The notes under the pieces: generated by a model
Told to the model about the DNA's origin: nothing
Database searches by the model: none
What the model saw: only the letters and a program-made list of their open reading frames with translations
Shown here: positions 19,748 through 29,162 of the stretch, one piece after another
How positions within the stretch are numbered: position 1 is the stretch's first letter
Layout of the letters: the number at the start of each line of letters is the position of its first letter
Position numbers and translations under genes: made by a program
Assembly (NCBI GenBank): GCA_015059375.1
Contig: SVAN01000006.1
Span: 1 to 53,708, forward strand
DNA from: Bacillota bacterium
GTDB taxonomy: Bacteria > Bacillota_I > Bacilli_A > RF39 > UBA660
DNA: 53,708 nucleotides
Direction: 5' to 3'

Positions 19748-21166
19748 ATGAAAAAAGGATTATGTAAATTATTAATTTTAATCGCACCCTTTATTCTAAT
19801 GCTTAACGTAAATGCTGCAAGTGCTACAGTAGCAGTTAGTAGTAGTGCTAATCAAGTTATTGTGGGAAAAGATGTTACAATCTATGTTAAGATATCTTCG
19901 GCTGCTGCGTTAGGATCATGGGAATACACTTTGAACTATGATACTTCAGTTTTTAAATTAATAAGTTCGGATGTTGGTCTGCACTATGCTTCTTATGCAA
20001 GTAATGGTAGTACAAAATCAGTTACTTATAAGTATGTTTTTCGGGCGTTAAAAAGTGCTACGTCTAAGTTTTATGTTGACTCTTCAATGGCAGTTGCTTG
20101 GGATGAAAGTATTTTAACAGTCACTAATGGATCTAAGTCAGTTAAAGCTTGGACTTATTCAGAATATCAAGCCAGTCTTTCTAGTAACAATAATTTAAAA
20201 AGTTTATCAGTAAGTGGATATGAAATAACGCCAATTTTTAGCAAAGATATATTGGAATACAATGTTAAAGTAAATGAAGATGAAACAAAGATTAAGGTTA
20301 GTGCAATGGCTGAAGATAGTACGGCTACTATTAGTGGAGTTGGAGAACTAGAAGTTTCTGCAGGAAATAATATATTTGATATAATTGTTATTGCTCAAAA
20401 TGGAAGTGAGAAAACATACAAACTAAGTGTTGATGTCATTGATAAAAATCCAATAAATGTTGAGATTGACAATCGAGAATATACAGTTGTAAAATTGGCC
20501 AGTAATTTAACTAAGCCAGAGAGTTATATTGAAAAAACAGTGATAATTAATGAGTATGAAATTCCAGCATTTTATAGTGAAGTAACAGAATTTACATTAG
20601 TTGGTTTAAAAGACGAAGAAGGTAATATTGAATTATTTATTTATGAAGATGATAAATACACTAAATATAATGAATTAAATTTTGGAAATATTACGATTTA
20701 TCCTTTAGCAATGAAAACTATATTAAAAGATTATCATAAAACAAGAATTACTCTTCAAAATATTGAATTAGAATCTTTGACAATTTCTGACGATTCACGT
20801 TTTAATTTAATATACGGATTAAACGTTGAAACGAAAGAGGAAGGATTATATTTATATGATTCAAAAGATAATACAATTGTTAAATATAATGATGAACATA
20901 TTGTGATTTTAGAGGAAAAGATAAAAACGTTGACTTATTCTACTATTGCTTTTATTGCCTCAACGGTATTAGCGTTATTCGGAATTATTGCTTTATCAAA
21001 GAAAAAGAAAAGAAGTAGTAAAAATAAAAAGAATGTAAATCAGATGAAACAAAATAAGGAAAATAATGAAACCGCGGATCCTAATCAAATAATTGATAAA
21101 TCTAATGAAGTCTACAATATTTATGAAGATGATAAAAAGAAGAAGAAACGGCAACGAAAAAAATAA
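19748..21166 (+). CDS. Membrane-anchored protein with N-terminal cohesin-like domain and cadherin-like beta-sandwich
   Basis: Signal peptide; VIVGKDVTIYVKISS...EYTLNYDTSVFKLIS...YVFRALKSATSKF (cohesin pattern); SSNNNLKSLSVSG (cadherin-like); C-terminal TM plus KKKKR tail. Confidence 0.75.
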   Translation: MKKGLCKLLILIAPFILMLNVNAASATVAVSSSANQVIVGKDVTIYVKISSAAALGSWEYTLNYDTSVFKLISSDVGLHYASYASNGSTKSVTYKYVFRALKSATSKFYVDSSMAVAWDESILTVTNGSKSVKAWTYSEYQASLSSNNNLKSLSVSGYEITPIFSKDILEYNVKVNEDETKIKVSAMAEDSTATISGVGELEVSAGNNIFDIIVIAQNGSEKTYKLSVDVIDKNPINVEIDNREYTVVKLASNLTKPESYIEKTVIINEYEIPAFYSEVTEFTLVGLKDEEGNIELFIYEDDKYTKYNELNFGNITIYPLAMKTILKDYHKTRITLQNIELESLTISDDSRFNLIYGLNVETKEEGLYLYDSKDNTIVKYNDEHIVILEEKIKTLTYSTIAFIASTVLALFGIIALSKKKKRSSKNKKNVNQMKQNKENNETADPNQIIDKSNEVYNIYEDDKKKKKRQRKK

Positions 21167-21249
21167 TCAGCATTTAACGAATAAATTGTTATGAAAAGTT
21201 TCACACTATTTATTGTACAAGCTAGATTATTTAGAAAGGATAGAAGCAA

Positions 21250-22407
21250 ATGAATAAAGAAGATTATTATATTAATTTGATATTAAACAAGTGTGTTTCT
21301 TTTGAAAAAAGTGATAGTTTGTTTATTTCATATTATGTTTATAATGAAAATTTTGTTCAAAAATTAATAAAAAAAATTGAAAAGACACATATTAAAGATA
21401 TTTACTTAGAATGTATTGACCCTTTTTATGAACATGAATTATTATCTAAGTTGACTTTAAAAGAAATAGAAAAATCTGAATATTTTGATTGTAGTATTTA
21501 CAATGATTACGCCAAGAAAAAAGCTGCATTTATTTTTTTTACTAGCCCAATTCCTGGCTTAATGAATGATATAGATGAAGAAAAACTAGCTTTAGTTTCA
21601 AAGATAAAAAGTAGTACTAAACAATATTTTATAAAGCAAGAAACTCAATATAATATTTCTTGGACAATTGTTCCTTTATATAATATGCATTGGGAAAAAT
21701 CTTTAGGTATTAATAATTTAGAAGACGTTCTTTATGATATATGTCTAGTAAATAAAAATGCTATAAAAAATTGGGAAAAACAAATCAAAAAAAGTATTGA
21801 ATGTGTAAAAAAATTGAATGATTTAAAACTGGATTTTTTACATTTTGAAAATTCATTGGGAACTGATTTAACTGTAGGACTGCCTGAGAATTATGCCTTT
21901 GAGGGAGTGGGTAATGAAAAAATTCTTATGAATTTACCAAGCTATGAAGTATTTACTAGTCCTAATCGACAATTAATAAATGGTAGGGTATATAACTCGC
22001 GGCCCCTTTATTTTAACGATGCTTTAATAGATAATTTTTATTTAGAATTTAAGGATGGCAAAATATCAAAATTTGGTGCTAAAAAAGGCAAAAAAGTCTT
22101 ACAAAGCATTATGAATACAGATGAAGGTGCATCTTATCTTGGCGAAGTAGCATTGGTAGAAAAAGATAGTCCAATAAGTAAAACAGGAATAGTTTTTAAA
22201 AATACATTACTAGATGAGAACGCAGCTTGTCATTTAGCTTTAGGAAGAGGTTTTGGCGATGGCACAGATGAGGAATTAAGGCAACGCGGAATTAATCTTT
22301 CACAAATACATGTTGATTTTATGATTGGTACTAGTGATATGAAAGTAACAGGTATTAAAGGCGATAAAAAAATAGTTATTATGAAAAATGGCAAATTTGT
22401 TTTATAA
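21250..22407 (+). CDS. M29-family aminopeptidase (AmpS/PepS-like)
   Basis: NLPSYEVFTSP, LGEVALV, LLDENAACHLALG, IHVDFMIG. Confidence 0.9.
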   Translation: MNKEDYYINLILNKCVSFEKSDSLFISYYVYNENFVQKLIKKIEKTHIKDIYLECIDPFYEHELLSKLTLKEIEKSEYFDCSIYNDYAKKKAAFIFFTSPIPGLMNDIDEEKLALVSKIKSSTKQYFIKQETQYNISWTIVPLYNMHWEKSLGINNLEDVLYDICLVNKNAIKNWEKQIKKSIECVKKLNDLKLDFLHFENSLGTDLTVGLPENYAFEGVGNEKILMNLPSYEVFTSPNRQLINGRVYNSRPLYFNDALIDNFYLEFKDGKISKFGAKKGKKVLQSIMNTDEGASYLGEVALVEKDSPISKTGIVFKNTLLDENAACHLALGRGFGDGTDEELRQRGINLSQIHVDFMIGTSDMKVTGIKGDKKIVIMKNGKFVL

Positions 22408-22411
22408 ATTA

Positions 22412-22440
22412 TAGACAAAATGAGATTCTTATGTTATCTT
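22412..22440 (+). promoter_or_regulatory. Promoter of tRNA-Glu
   Basis: TAGACA-17 bp-TATCTT with an extended TG, 11 nt before the tRNA. Confidence 0.55.
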
Positions 22441-22451
22441 ATTAATGTCTT

Positions 22452-22528
22452 AGCCCGTTGGTGAAGCGGCCGAACACACCACTTTCTCAAGGTGGCATTC
22501 AGGGGTTCGAACCCCCTACGGGTTACCA
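22452..22528 (+). tRNA. tRNA-Glu (CTC)
   Basis: AGCCCGT/ACGGGTT acceptor stem, anticodon arm CCACT-TTCTCAA-GGTGG, GGTTCGAA T-loop, ACCA end. Confidence 0.94.
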
Positions 22529-22539
22529 TATATAAATAG

Positions 22540-22568
22540 AAAGGCTTTGCGCTTTGCAAGGTCTTTTT
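22540..22568 (+). terminator. Intrinsic terminator after tRNA-Glu
   Basis: AAAGGCTTTGC-gcttt-GCAAGGTCTTTTT. Confidence 0.65.
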
Positions 22569-22580
22569 GTTTACATAATT

Positions 22581-22609
22581 TTGACATATACTGTTTTTTG
22601 TGATATAAT
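22581..22609 (+). promoter_or_regulatory. Perfect-consensus SigA promoter
   Basis: TTGACA-17 bp-TATAAT with an extended TG. Confidence 0.8.
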
Positions 22610-22632
22610 TAAAATATCTTTAGGGGGAAAAG

Positions 22633-23148
22633 GTGAAAAATTTAAATAATTTAGAAAAAACGTTATATAAAGATATTTTTATGACAGTTTTTTTAGTTCT
22701 TGTTTCAATACCAATATGGTTAAATTTTAGCGTATCAGCTTTAGCGGCTGAGGCTAATTACTATGACAATTACAATTATGTTAAGTATGAGTTTTTAAAT
22801 GAAGCTAGCAAGACGCTACTTACTTATACAGATAGTGAAGCGTTAAGAAAGTGTGAAACGCAAGATATTTTAATTTATAATTATTCTAATACTCTGGACA
22901 ATTATTCTTTGCTATTAAAGATTCGCAAGAATTCATCTGTTAACTTAGATCAAATTAAAATTAATGTTAATTATCAAATTGATTACTTAAATAACTATCA
23001 TGTTTATGAAGATGCAGAAAATTATTACTTTGTTATTGATTCAAATGATATAGTTGCATCTTCACAAAAATATATTATCAGCATGTGGAATATTGATAAT
23101 AATCTAACATATAACAATGAACTGGATTATGAATTTATTATTGTTTAA
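22633..23148 (+). CDS. Membrane-anchored or secreted hypothetical protein
   Basis: GGGGG RBS, GTG start, N-terminal hydrophobic helix, beta-rich domain; own promoter and terminator. Confidence 0.75.
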   Translation: MKNLNNLEKTLYKDIFMTVFLVLVSIPIWLNFSVSALAAEANYYDNYNYVKYEFLNEASKTLLTYTDSEALRKCETQDILIYNYSNTLDNYSLLLKIRKNSSVNLDQIKINVNYQIDYLNNYHVYEDAENYYFVIDSNDIVASSQKYIISMWNIDNNLTYNNELDYEFIIV

Positions 23149-23170
23149 AGTAGGAAAATCCTACTTTTTT
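23147..23170 (+). terminator. Intrinsic terminator
   Basis: AAAGTAGG-aaaat-CCTACTTTTTT. Confidence 0.75.
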
Positions 23171-23270
23171 CATTTGGTTATCATAATTGTTTAATATAAT
23201 AAGGTTTTAGAAATATTGCATAGAATTAAATTAAGAATTATAATGTAAGAACGAACAGAAAGGATTAACT

Positions 23271-25028
23271 ATGATTAAATTGTTTAAAAATTTGACTAAA
23301 AAAGAAATGATATATGCGTTTATTTGTATTGTTTTAATAACAGGACATGTATACTTAGAATTAAAGGTTCCTGATTATATGAGTTCGATTACGCGTTTAG
23401 TTAAAACTGAAGGAAGTGAACTTTCTGAAATTTTAGTTCAAGGTAGTTATATGCTTTCCTGCGCCTTTTTAAGTTTATTATGTACAATTGTCATTGGGTA
23501 TTTTTCTTCGCGCGTAGCATCAAGCTTTTCGGCTACGATTCGTAAGAAAATTTTTGAAAAAGTAGAAAATATGGGAATTGCTGAAATCAAAAAATTTTCA
23601 ACAAGTAGTTTAATAACGAGAACTACAAATGATGTTATGCAAGTTGAAATGTTAATTGGAATGGGATTGCAAGCAATGGTGAAAGCGCCGATTATGGCTG
23701 TTTGGGCTATTATGAAAATTTTAAATAAGGGTTTTGAATGGTCTATTCTTACAGCTTGTTGTGTAGCTGTATTGCTTTTTGTAGTATCGACAATAATGAT
23801 TATTGTACTGCCTAGATTTGCTAAGGTTCAAAAATTAATTGACAAAATAAATGGTTTAACAAGAGAAAACTTAACAGGAATACGAGTAATTCGTGCTTTT
23901 AATGCGGAAAAGTACCAAAATAATAAGTTTAAAGAGGTAAATGATGAATTAACGAATGTTCAATTGTTTAATCAACGATGTTTTTCTGTTATGAATCCAA
24001 TGATGAGTTTGGTGATGAATGGACTTACTTTGGGAATATATATAATAGGCGCTATTTTAATTAGCCAAGCTGGAATGCTGGAAAAAATATCATTATTTAG
24101 CAATATGGTTGTTTTCTCAAGTTATGGAATGCAAGTGATTATGTCTTTTTTAATGTTGGTAATGATATTTATGATGGTGCCTCGAGCCCAAATCTCTGCT
24201 AAAAGAATTAATGAAGTACTTGATGAAGAAATTTCTGTTATTAGTGGAACCTTTAATGGAAAAACTGATGAAACTGGTACTGTTGAGTTTAAAAATGTAT
24301 CTTTTAAATATCCTGATGCAGACGAGTACATTTTGAGAAATATTTCATTTAAAGTTGACAAAGGAGAAACGATTGCTTTTATTGGGTCGACTGGTAGTGG
24401 GAAATCTACTCTTATAAACTTAGTTCCTCGGTTTTATGATGCAACTGAAGGAGAAGTATTAGTTGATGGTATCAACGTTAAGGAGTATACTTTAGAAGCT
24501 CTTTATAATAAATTAGGATATGTTCCACAGAAAGCGGTAATGTTTACAGGTAATGTAAGTAGTAATGTTTCATATGGAGATAGTGGTCAGAAAATAAGTG
24601 AAAATAAAATTAAAGAAGCATTAAAGGTTGCTCAAGCCAAAGATTTTGTAGAAAAGATGGAAGAACAATATGAGAGTCATATAGCAAGGGGAGGAACTAA
24701 TGTATCTGGGGGTCAAAAGCAAAGATTAGCAATTGCTAGAGCTGTTGCGAGAAATCCTGAAATATACATTTTTGATGATTCGTTTTCTGCTCTTGATTAT
24801 AAAACAGATATAACTCTTAGAAAAGAGTTAAAAAAATATACTAAAGATGCAACAAATATGATTGTAGCTCAAAGAATTGGTACCATTATGAATGCGGATA
24901 AAATTGTTGTGTTAGAAAATGGCGAATGTGTTGGAATCGGAAAACACGAAGAGCTTCTTAAAAACTGTGAAGTTTATCAAGAAATAGCTTTATCGCAATT
25001 ATCAAAGGAGGAGTTAGAAGATGCCTAG
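23271..25028 (+). CDS. Heterodimeric ABC exporter, subunit 1 (permease + ATPase)
   Basis: 6 TM helices, GSTGSGKST, SGGQKQR, degenerate Walker B FDDSFSALD, AQR switch. Confidence 0.93.
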   Translation: MIKLFKNLTKKEMIYAFICIVLITGHVYLELKVPDYMSSITRLVKTEGSELSEILVQGSYMLSCAFLSLLCTIVIGYFSSRVASSFSATIRKKIFEKVENMGIAEIKKFSTSSLITRTTNDVMQVEMLIGMGLQAMVKAPIMAVWAIMKILNKGFEWSILTACCVAVLLFVVSTIMIIVLPRFAKVQKLIDKINGLTRENLTGIRVIRAFNAEKYQNNKFKEVNDELTNVQLFNQRCFSVMNPMMSLVMNGLTLGIYIIGAILISQAGMLEKISLFSNMVVFSSYGMQVIMSFLMLVMIFMMVPRAQISAKRINEVLDEEISVISGTFNGKTDETGTVEFKNVSFKYPDADEYILRNISFKVDKGETIAFIGSTGSGKSTLINLVPRFYDATEGEVLVDGINVKEYTLEALYNKLGYVPQKAVMFTGNVSSNVSYGDSGQKISENKIKEALKVAQAKDFVEKMEEQYESHIARGGTNVSGGQKQRLAIARAVARNPEIYIFDDSFSALDYKTDITLRKELKKYTKDATNMIVAQRIGTIMNADKIVVLENGECVGIGKHEELLKNCEVYQEIALSQLSKEELEDA

Positions 25029-27174
25029 ACCAGGTGCGATGCGTGTGCAAGAAAAATCAAAAGATTTTAAAAAGTCATTTTTAAGATTATTAAAAAATTT
25101 AAAGCCATGGAAATATTTGATGTTAATGTCTTTGTTTTTAGCACTGGTTAGTTCACTCTTAACATTATTATGTCCTAATAAATTATCTGAATTGACTGAT
25201 AGTATTTCTAAGGGGATTTATCCTAGTGAATCGCGTTTAGAATTAGTAATGCAGCAAGCAAGTCAAAACTTAAAAAGTGGTAATATTATCAACAAAATGC
25301 AAGAATTATTAATTAATTCATCTTTGTCGGAGACGGAAACAACGCAGATTAAAGCTGTTTTAGATAAAATCCAGAGTTCTTCGAATCCTAATGAATTCCA
25401 AATGGATATTTTAAATTTACCAGATAGCGTTTTAATACAACTTTTTGAAGAAATAAAGATTGACGATATTACTATTAGTGTTATAGATCAATTAAGTATG
25501 ATAAAGTTATTTGCTTCGAATGAAAATAACGATGTTTTAGCAAAGTTTAATCAATTACCAGATTCAATAAAAACTGTGATAATTCCAGAAGTAGATATGA
25601 ATAAAGTAAAATCTATTTCACTTATTGTGGGAACAATCTTGATTTTTGGAGCAATAAGTGGTTTTATTCAAGGTTATAGTTTAACAACTGTTTCAAATCG
25701 TTTTGCTAATAAATTGCGTGATAGCATTTGTAAAAAAATAAATCGATTGCCACTTAAATATTTCGATATTCATGAAACTGGTGATGTTTTATCAAGAGTT
25801 ACAAACGACGTTGACACTGTATCACACAATTTAAACAATAGCTTGTCTACATTAGTTAGTAGTATTACCTTATTTTTGGGTTCAATTCTTATGATGTTTG
25901 CAACCGATTGGATAATGGCATTAACAGCAATTCTATCTAGTGTTTTGGGTTTTGTTGTTATGTTTGCTATTTTGGGAAAATCTCAAAAGTATTTTAACGC
26001 TCGCCAAGCTGAATTAGGAAATATGAATGGATATATTGAAGAAATGTATTCCGGCCATAATGTCGTAAAGGCATATAATGGGACAAAGGATGCTATTGAA
26101 AAGTTTGCAGAATTAAATGATAAATTATATGTAGCTAATCAAAAAAGCCAATTTTTATCTGGATTAATGCATCCTATTATGGGATTCGTTGGAAATTTAG
26201 GATATGTTGCGGTTTGTATTGTTGGGGCTTTATTAACTATGAATAATATTATTACATTTGGAGTTATTGTCGCCTTTATGCTTTATGTTCGATTGTTTAC
26301 AAATAATTTATCTCAAATAGCACAAGCGATGGGTAATTTACAATTTACCGTAGCGGCCGCGGAAAGAGTCTTTGAATTTTTAGATGAAAAAGAAATGTCG
26401 TTGCAAGACGATACAAAAAAACACTTAAGTAAGAGTAAAGTTAAAGGGGAAATAGAATTTCAGAATGTTCGATTTGGATATGATGCTGGAAAAACAATTA
26501 TTAACGATTTCAGTATTAAAGTAAATCCAGGACAAAAAGTAGCGATCGTTGGTCCTACGGGGGCTGGAAAAACAACGTTGGTAAACTTATTAATGAAATT
26601 TTACGATATCAATCATGGGCAAATTTTGATTGATGGAGTATCTACGAGTGAATTAACGCGCGAAAATATTCACGAATTATTTATTATGGTATTGCAAGAT
26701 ACATGGCTATTTGAAGGAACCATTGCTGAAAATATTCGCTTTAATAAAGATGATGTATCTGATCGTGAAATTTGGAAGGCTTTAAAAACAGTGGGTGTTC
26801 ATCATTTTGTTAAAACATTACCCGAGGGTATTAATTATCAAATTGGTGATAACGATGCTATCAGCCAAGGCCAAAAACAACTTTTAACCATTGCTAGGGG
26901 AATGATAGAGGATGCGCCATTTTTAATTTTAGATGAAGCGACGAGCAACGTCGATACGCGTACAGAGGAACTAGTTCAGAAAGCTATGGATAAGCTTACG
27001 GAAGGACGCACATCTTTTATAATTGCTCACCGATTGTCCACTATTAAAAATGCTGATCTGATTTTAGTTATGAATGAAGGAAATATTATTGAGCAAGGAA
27101 CTCATGATGAATTAATCAAAAAAGGGGGTTTTTACGAAAACCTATATAATAGTCAATTTGAAAAAATAGTATAA
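25021..27174 (+). CDS. Heterodimeric ABC exporter, subunit 2, with enlarged extracellular loop
   Basis: GPTGAGKTT, SQGQKQ, LDEATSNVD, AHRLSTI. Confidence 0.93.
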   Translation: MPRPGAMRVQEKSKDFKKSFLRLLKNLKPWKYLMLMSLFLALVSSLLTLLCPNKLSELTDSISKGIYPSESRLELVMQQASQNLKSGNIINKMQELLINSSLSETETTQIKAVLDKIQSSSNPNEFQMDILNLPDSVLIQLFEEIKIDDITISVIDQLSMIKLFASNENNDVLAKFNQLPDSIKTVIIPEVDMNKVKSISLIVGTILIFGAISGFIQGYSLTTVSNRFANKLRDSICKKINRLPLKYFDIHETGDVLSRVTNDVDTVSHNLNNSLSTLVSSITLFLGSILMMFATDWIMALTAILSSVLGFVVMFAILGKSQKYFNARQAELGNMNGYIEEMYSGHNVVKAYNGTKDAIEKFAELNDKLYVANQKSQFLSGLMHPIMGFVGNLGYVAVCIVGALLTMNNIITFGVIVAFMLYVRLFTNNLSQIAQAMGNLQFTVAAAERVFEFLDEKEMSLQDDTKKHLSKSKVKGEIEFQNVRFGYDAGKTIINDFSIKVNPGQKVAIVGPTGAGKTTLVNLLMKFYDINHGQILIDGVSTSELTRENIHELFIMVLQDTWLFEGTIAENIRFNKDDVSDREIWKALKTVGVHHFVKTLPEGINYQIGDNDAISQGQKQLLTIARGMIEDAPFLILDEATSNVDTRTEELVQKAMDKLTEGRTSFIIAHRLSTIKNADLILVMNEGNIIEQGTHDELIKKGGFYENLYNSQFEKIV

Positions 27175-27186
27175 AAAAATATGATT

Positions 27187-28995
27187 CTATTTTCTAGAGT
27201 CATATTTTTTTCTTGCTTCAGTATTCAAGATTTTCTTTCTCATTCGAATATTGTTTGGAGTAACCTCGACAAGTTCATCCTGATTAATGTAATCTAACGC
27301 ATATTCTAAAGAAATAATTCTAGGTCGTTTTAAGACAACAGTTTTGTCAGAAAAAGCTGAACGAGTATTAGTAAGTTCCTTTCCTTTAACAACGTTGATT
27401 GCTAAATCTAAATCTTTATTACATTCGCCGACAATCATGCCTTCATAAACATCTGTATTTGGTTCAATAAACATTATTCCGCGATCTTCAAGGCCTCCTA
27501 ATGAATAAGCAGTAGCTTTACCGGTTTCGCTAGATACAAGTACTCCAAGTTTTCTTTCACCAAGGTTAATATTAGCACATGGTCTATATTCTTTGAATGT
27601 ATGATTCATAATGCCATACCCCTTGGTTAATGTCATGAAGTTTGTTGAAAAACCGATTAAACCTCTTGATGGAATAGTGTAATTAATTCGCAAATTATTT
27701 TCTAAATGTATCATGTTTTCCATAACTGCTCCGCGAGAAGATAGCTCTTCGATAACCCCGCCCATATAATCGTCAGTTATTTCAATTTGTAAGTCTTCAT
27801 ATGGTTCACATTTTACACCATTTATTTCTTTGATTATTACTTTGGGCTTTGATACTTCAAGTTCAAAGCCTTCGCGACGCATATTTTCAAGTAAAATAGA
27901 TAAATGAAGTTCCCCGCGACCAAGAACCATAAAATTTTCACTATCAATTTGTTCAACTTTTAAACTTACATCTCGTTGAGTTTCTTTGAACAGTCTTTCA
28001 CCAATTTTACGAGAAGTAAGAATTTTACCATCTTGTCCTGAAAATGGTGAAGTATTAACTCCGAAAGTCATTTGTAAAGTAGGTTCATCAATGTGTAAAA
28101 TCGGTAAGCGCTCGTGGTTACCAACTTCAGTAATTGTTTCCCCAACTGAAATGTCTTCGAGTCCAGCAATTGCAATAATATCTCCAACAGACGCACTTTC
28201 GATTTCTAATCGCTTTAACCCAGAATATCCAAATAATTTTTGGACTCTGAATTGTTTTTCACTGCCATCTAAGCGTAAACAGTTTACCATTTGTCCGGTT
28301 TTGATTTTTCCGTTAAATACTTTTCCGATAGCAATTCTTCCTACATAATCGTTGTAGTCTAGCAATGCTGGCTGAAATTGGAATGGTGTACTTTCATCTC
28401 CGCTAGGATCTTTTATTTCCGATATAATTAAATCAAGAAGACCTTTAAAATTGGGTTCTTGAGTACTTAAATCATCTGATAGAGAAGAGGTCCCGTTAAC
28501 CGCGGAAGCATAAACTACTTTGAAATCAAGTTGGTCATCTGACGCTCCTAAATCTAAGAATAGTTCTAATACTTCGTCAACAACTTGTTTTACCCGAGCT
28601 GTAGGTTTGTCAACTTTGTTAATTACAACAATAGGCTTACATCCAGATTCTAATGCCTTTTTTAAAACAAATTTAGTTTGGGGCATTGGCCCTTCATATG
28701 CATCAACTACTAATAAGACTCCGTCAACCATTTTCATGATTCTTTCTACTTCGCCACCAAAATCGGCGTGTCCCGGAGTATCAACAATATTAATTCGATA
28801 GTCGCCATAAAAAACCGCCGTTGTTTTGGCTAGGATTGTAATGCCTCTTTCTCTTTCAATATCATTTGAATCCATTGATAAATCAGCCACATTTTCGTTT
28901 TCTCTAAATGTTCCTGTATACTTTAATATTTCATCTACTAAAGTGGTTTTACCATGGTCTACGTGCGCAATTATTGCTACATTTTTAATTTTCAT
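27187..28995 (-). CDS. typA: Translational GTPase TypA/BipA
   Basis: AHVDHGKTT, RGITILAK, DTPGHADFGGEVER, NKVD, GRGELHL, LVEVTP. True start is MKIKNVAII at 28995. Confidence 0.97.
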   Translation of the reverse strand: MKIKNVAIIAHVDHGKTTLVDEILKYTGTFRENENVADLSMDSNDIERERGITILAKTTAVFYGDYRINIVDTPGHADFGGEVERIMKMVDGVLLVVDAYEGPMPQTKFVLKKALESGCKPIVVINKVDKPTARVKQVVDEVLELFLDLGASDDQLDFKVVYASAVNGTSSLSDDLSTQEPNFKGLLDLIISEIKDPSGDESTPFQFQPALLDYNDYVGRIAIGKVFNGKIKTGQMVNCLRLDGSEKQFRVQKLFGYSGLKRLEIESASVGDIIAIAGLEDISVGETITEVGNHERLPILHIDEPTLQMTFGVNTSPFSGQDGKILTSRKIGERLFKETQRDVSLKVEQIDSENFMVLGRGELHLSILLENMRREGFELEVSKPKVIIKEINGVKCEPYEDLQIEITDDYMGGVIEELSSRGAVMENMIHLENNLRINYTIPSRGLIGFSTNFMTLTKGYGIMNHTFKEYRPCANINLGERKLGVLVSSETGKATAYSLGGLEDRGIMFIEPNTDVYEGMIVGECNKDLDLAINVVKGKELTNTRSAFSDKTVVLKRPRIISLEYALDYINQDELVEVTPNNIRMRKKILNTEARKKYDSRK

Positions 28996-29162
28996 ATTTA
29001 TCACCCGTTTTTTCCTTTTGGTATTATAGCACAAAATATATAATATGTTTAAAAAATTTAAAAAATAAAGTATAAAATTTTGAAATTTTCCAAATTAAAC
29101 TAATTAATTTGCAACTTTATATTTTTGATGCAATAATGTATAATAAATCATAGGAGTCAAAT

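Noticed and set aside
21191-21204. cre-like palindrome TGAAAAGTTTCA before the aminopeptidase
   Set aside because: It lacks the central CG and is too short to be significant at this AT content.
28996-29034. N-terminal extension MCYNTKRKK on TypA (similar extensions on YebC, TagG, the DD-carboxypeptidase and the HAD protein)
   Set aside because: These are ORF-caller extensions through promoter or RBS sequence (TGCTATAAT encodes CYN); better starts lie downstream.
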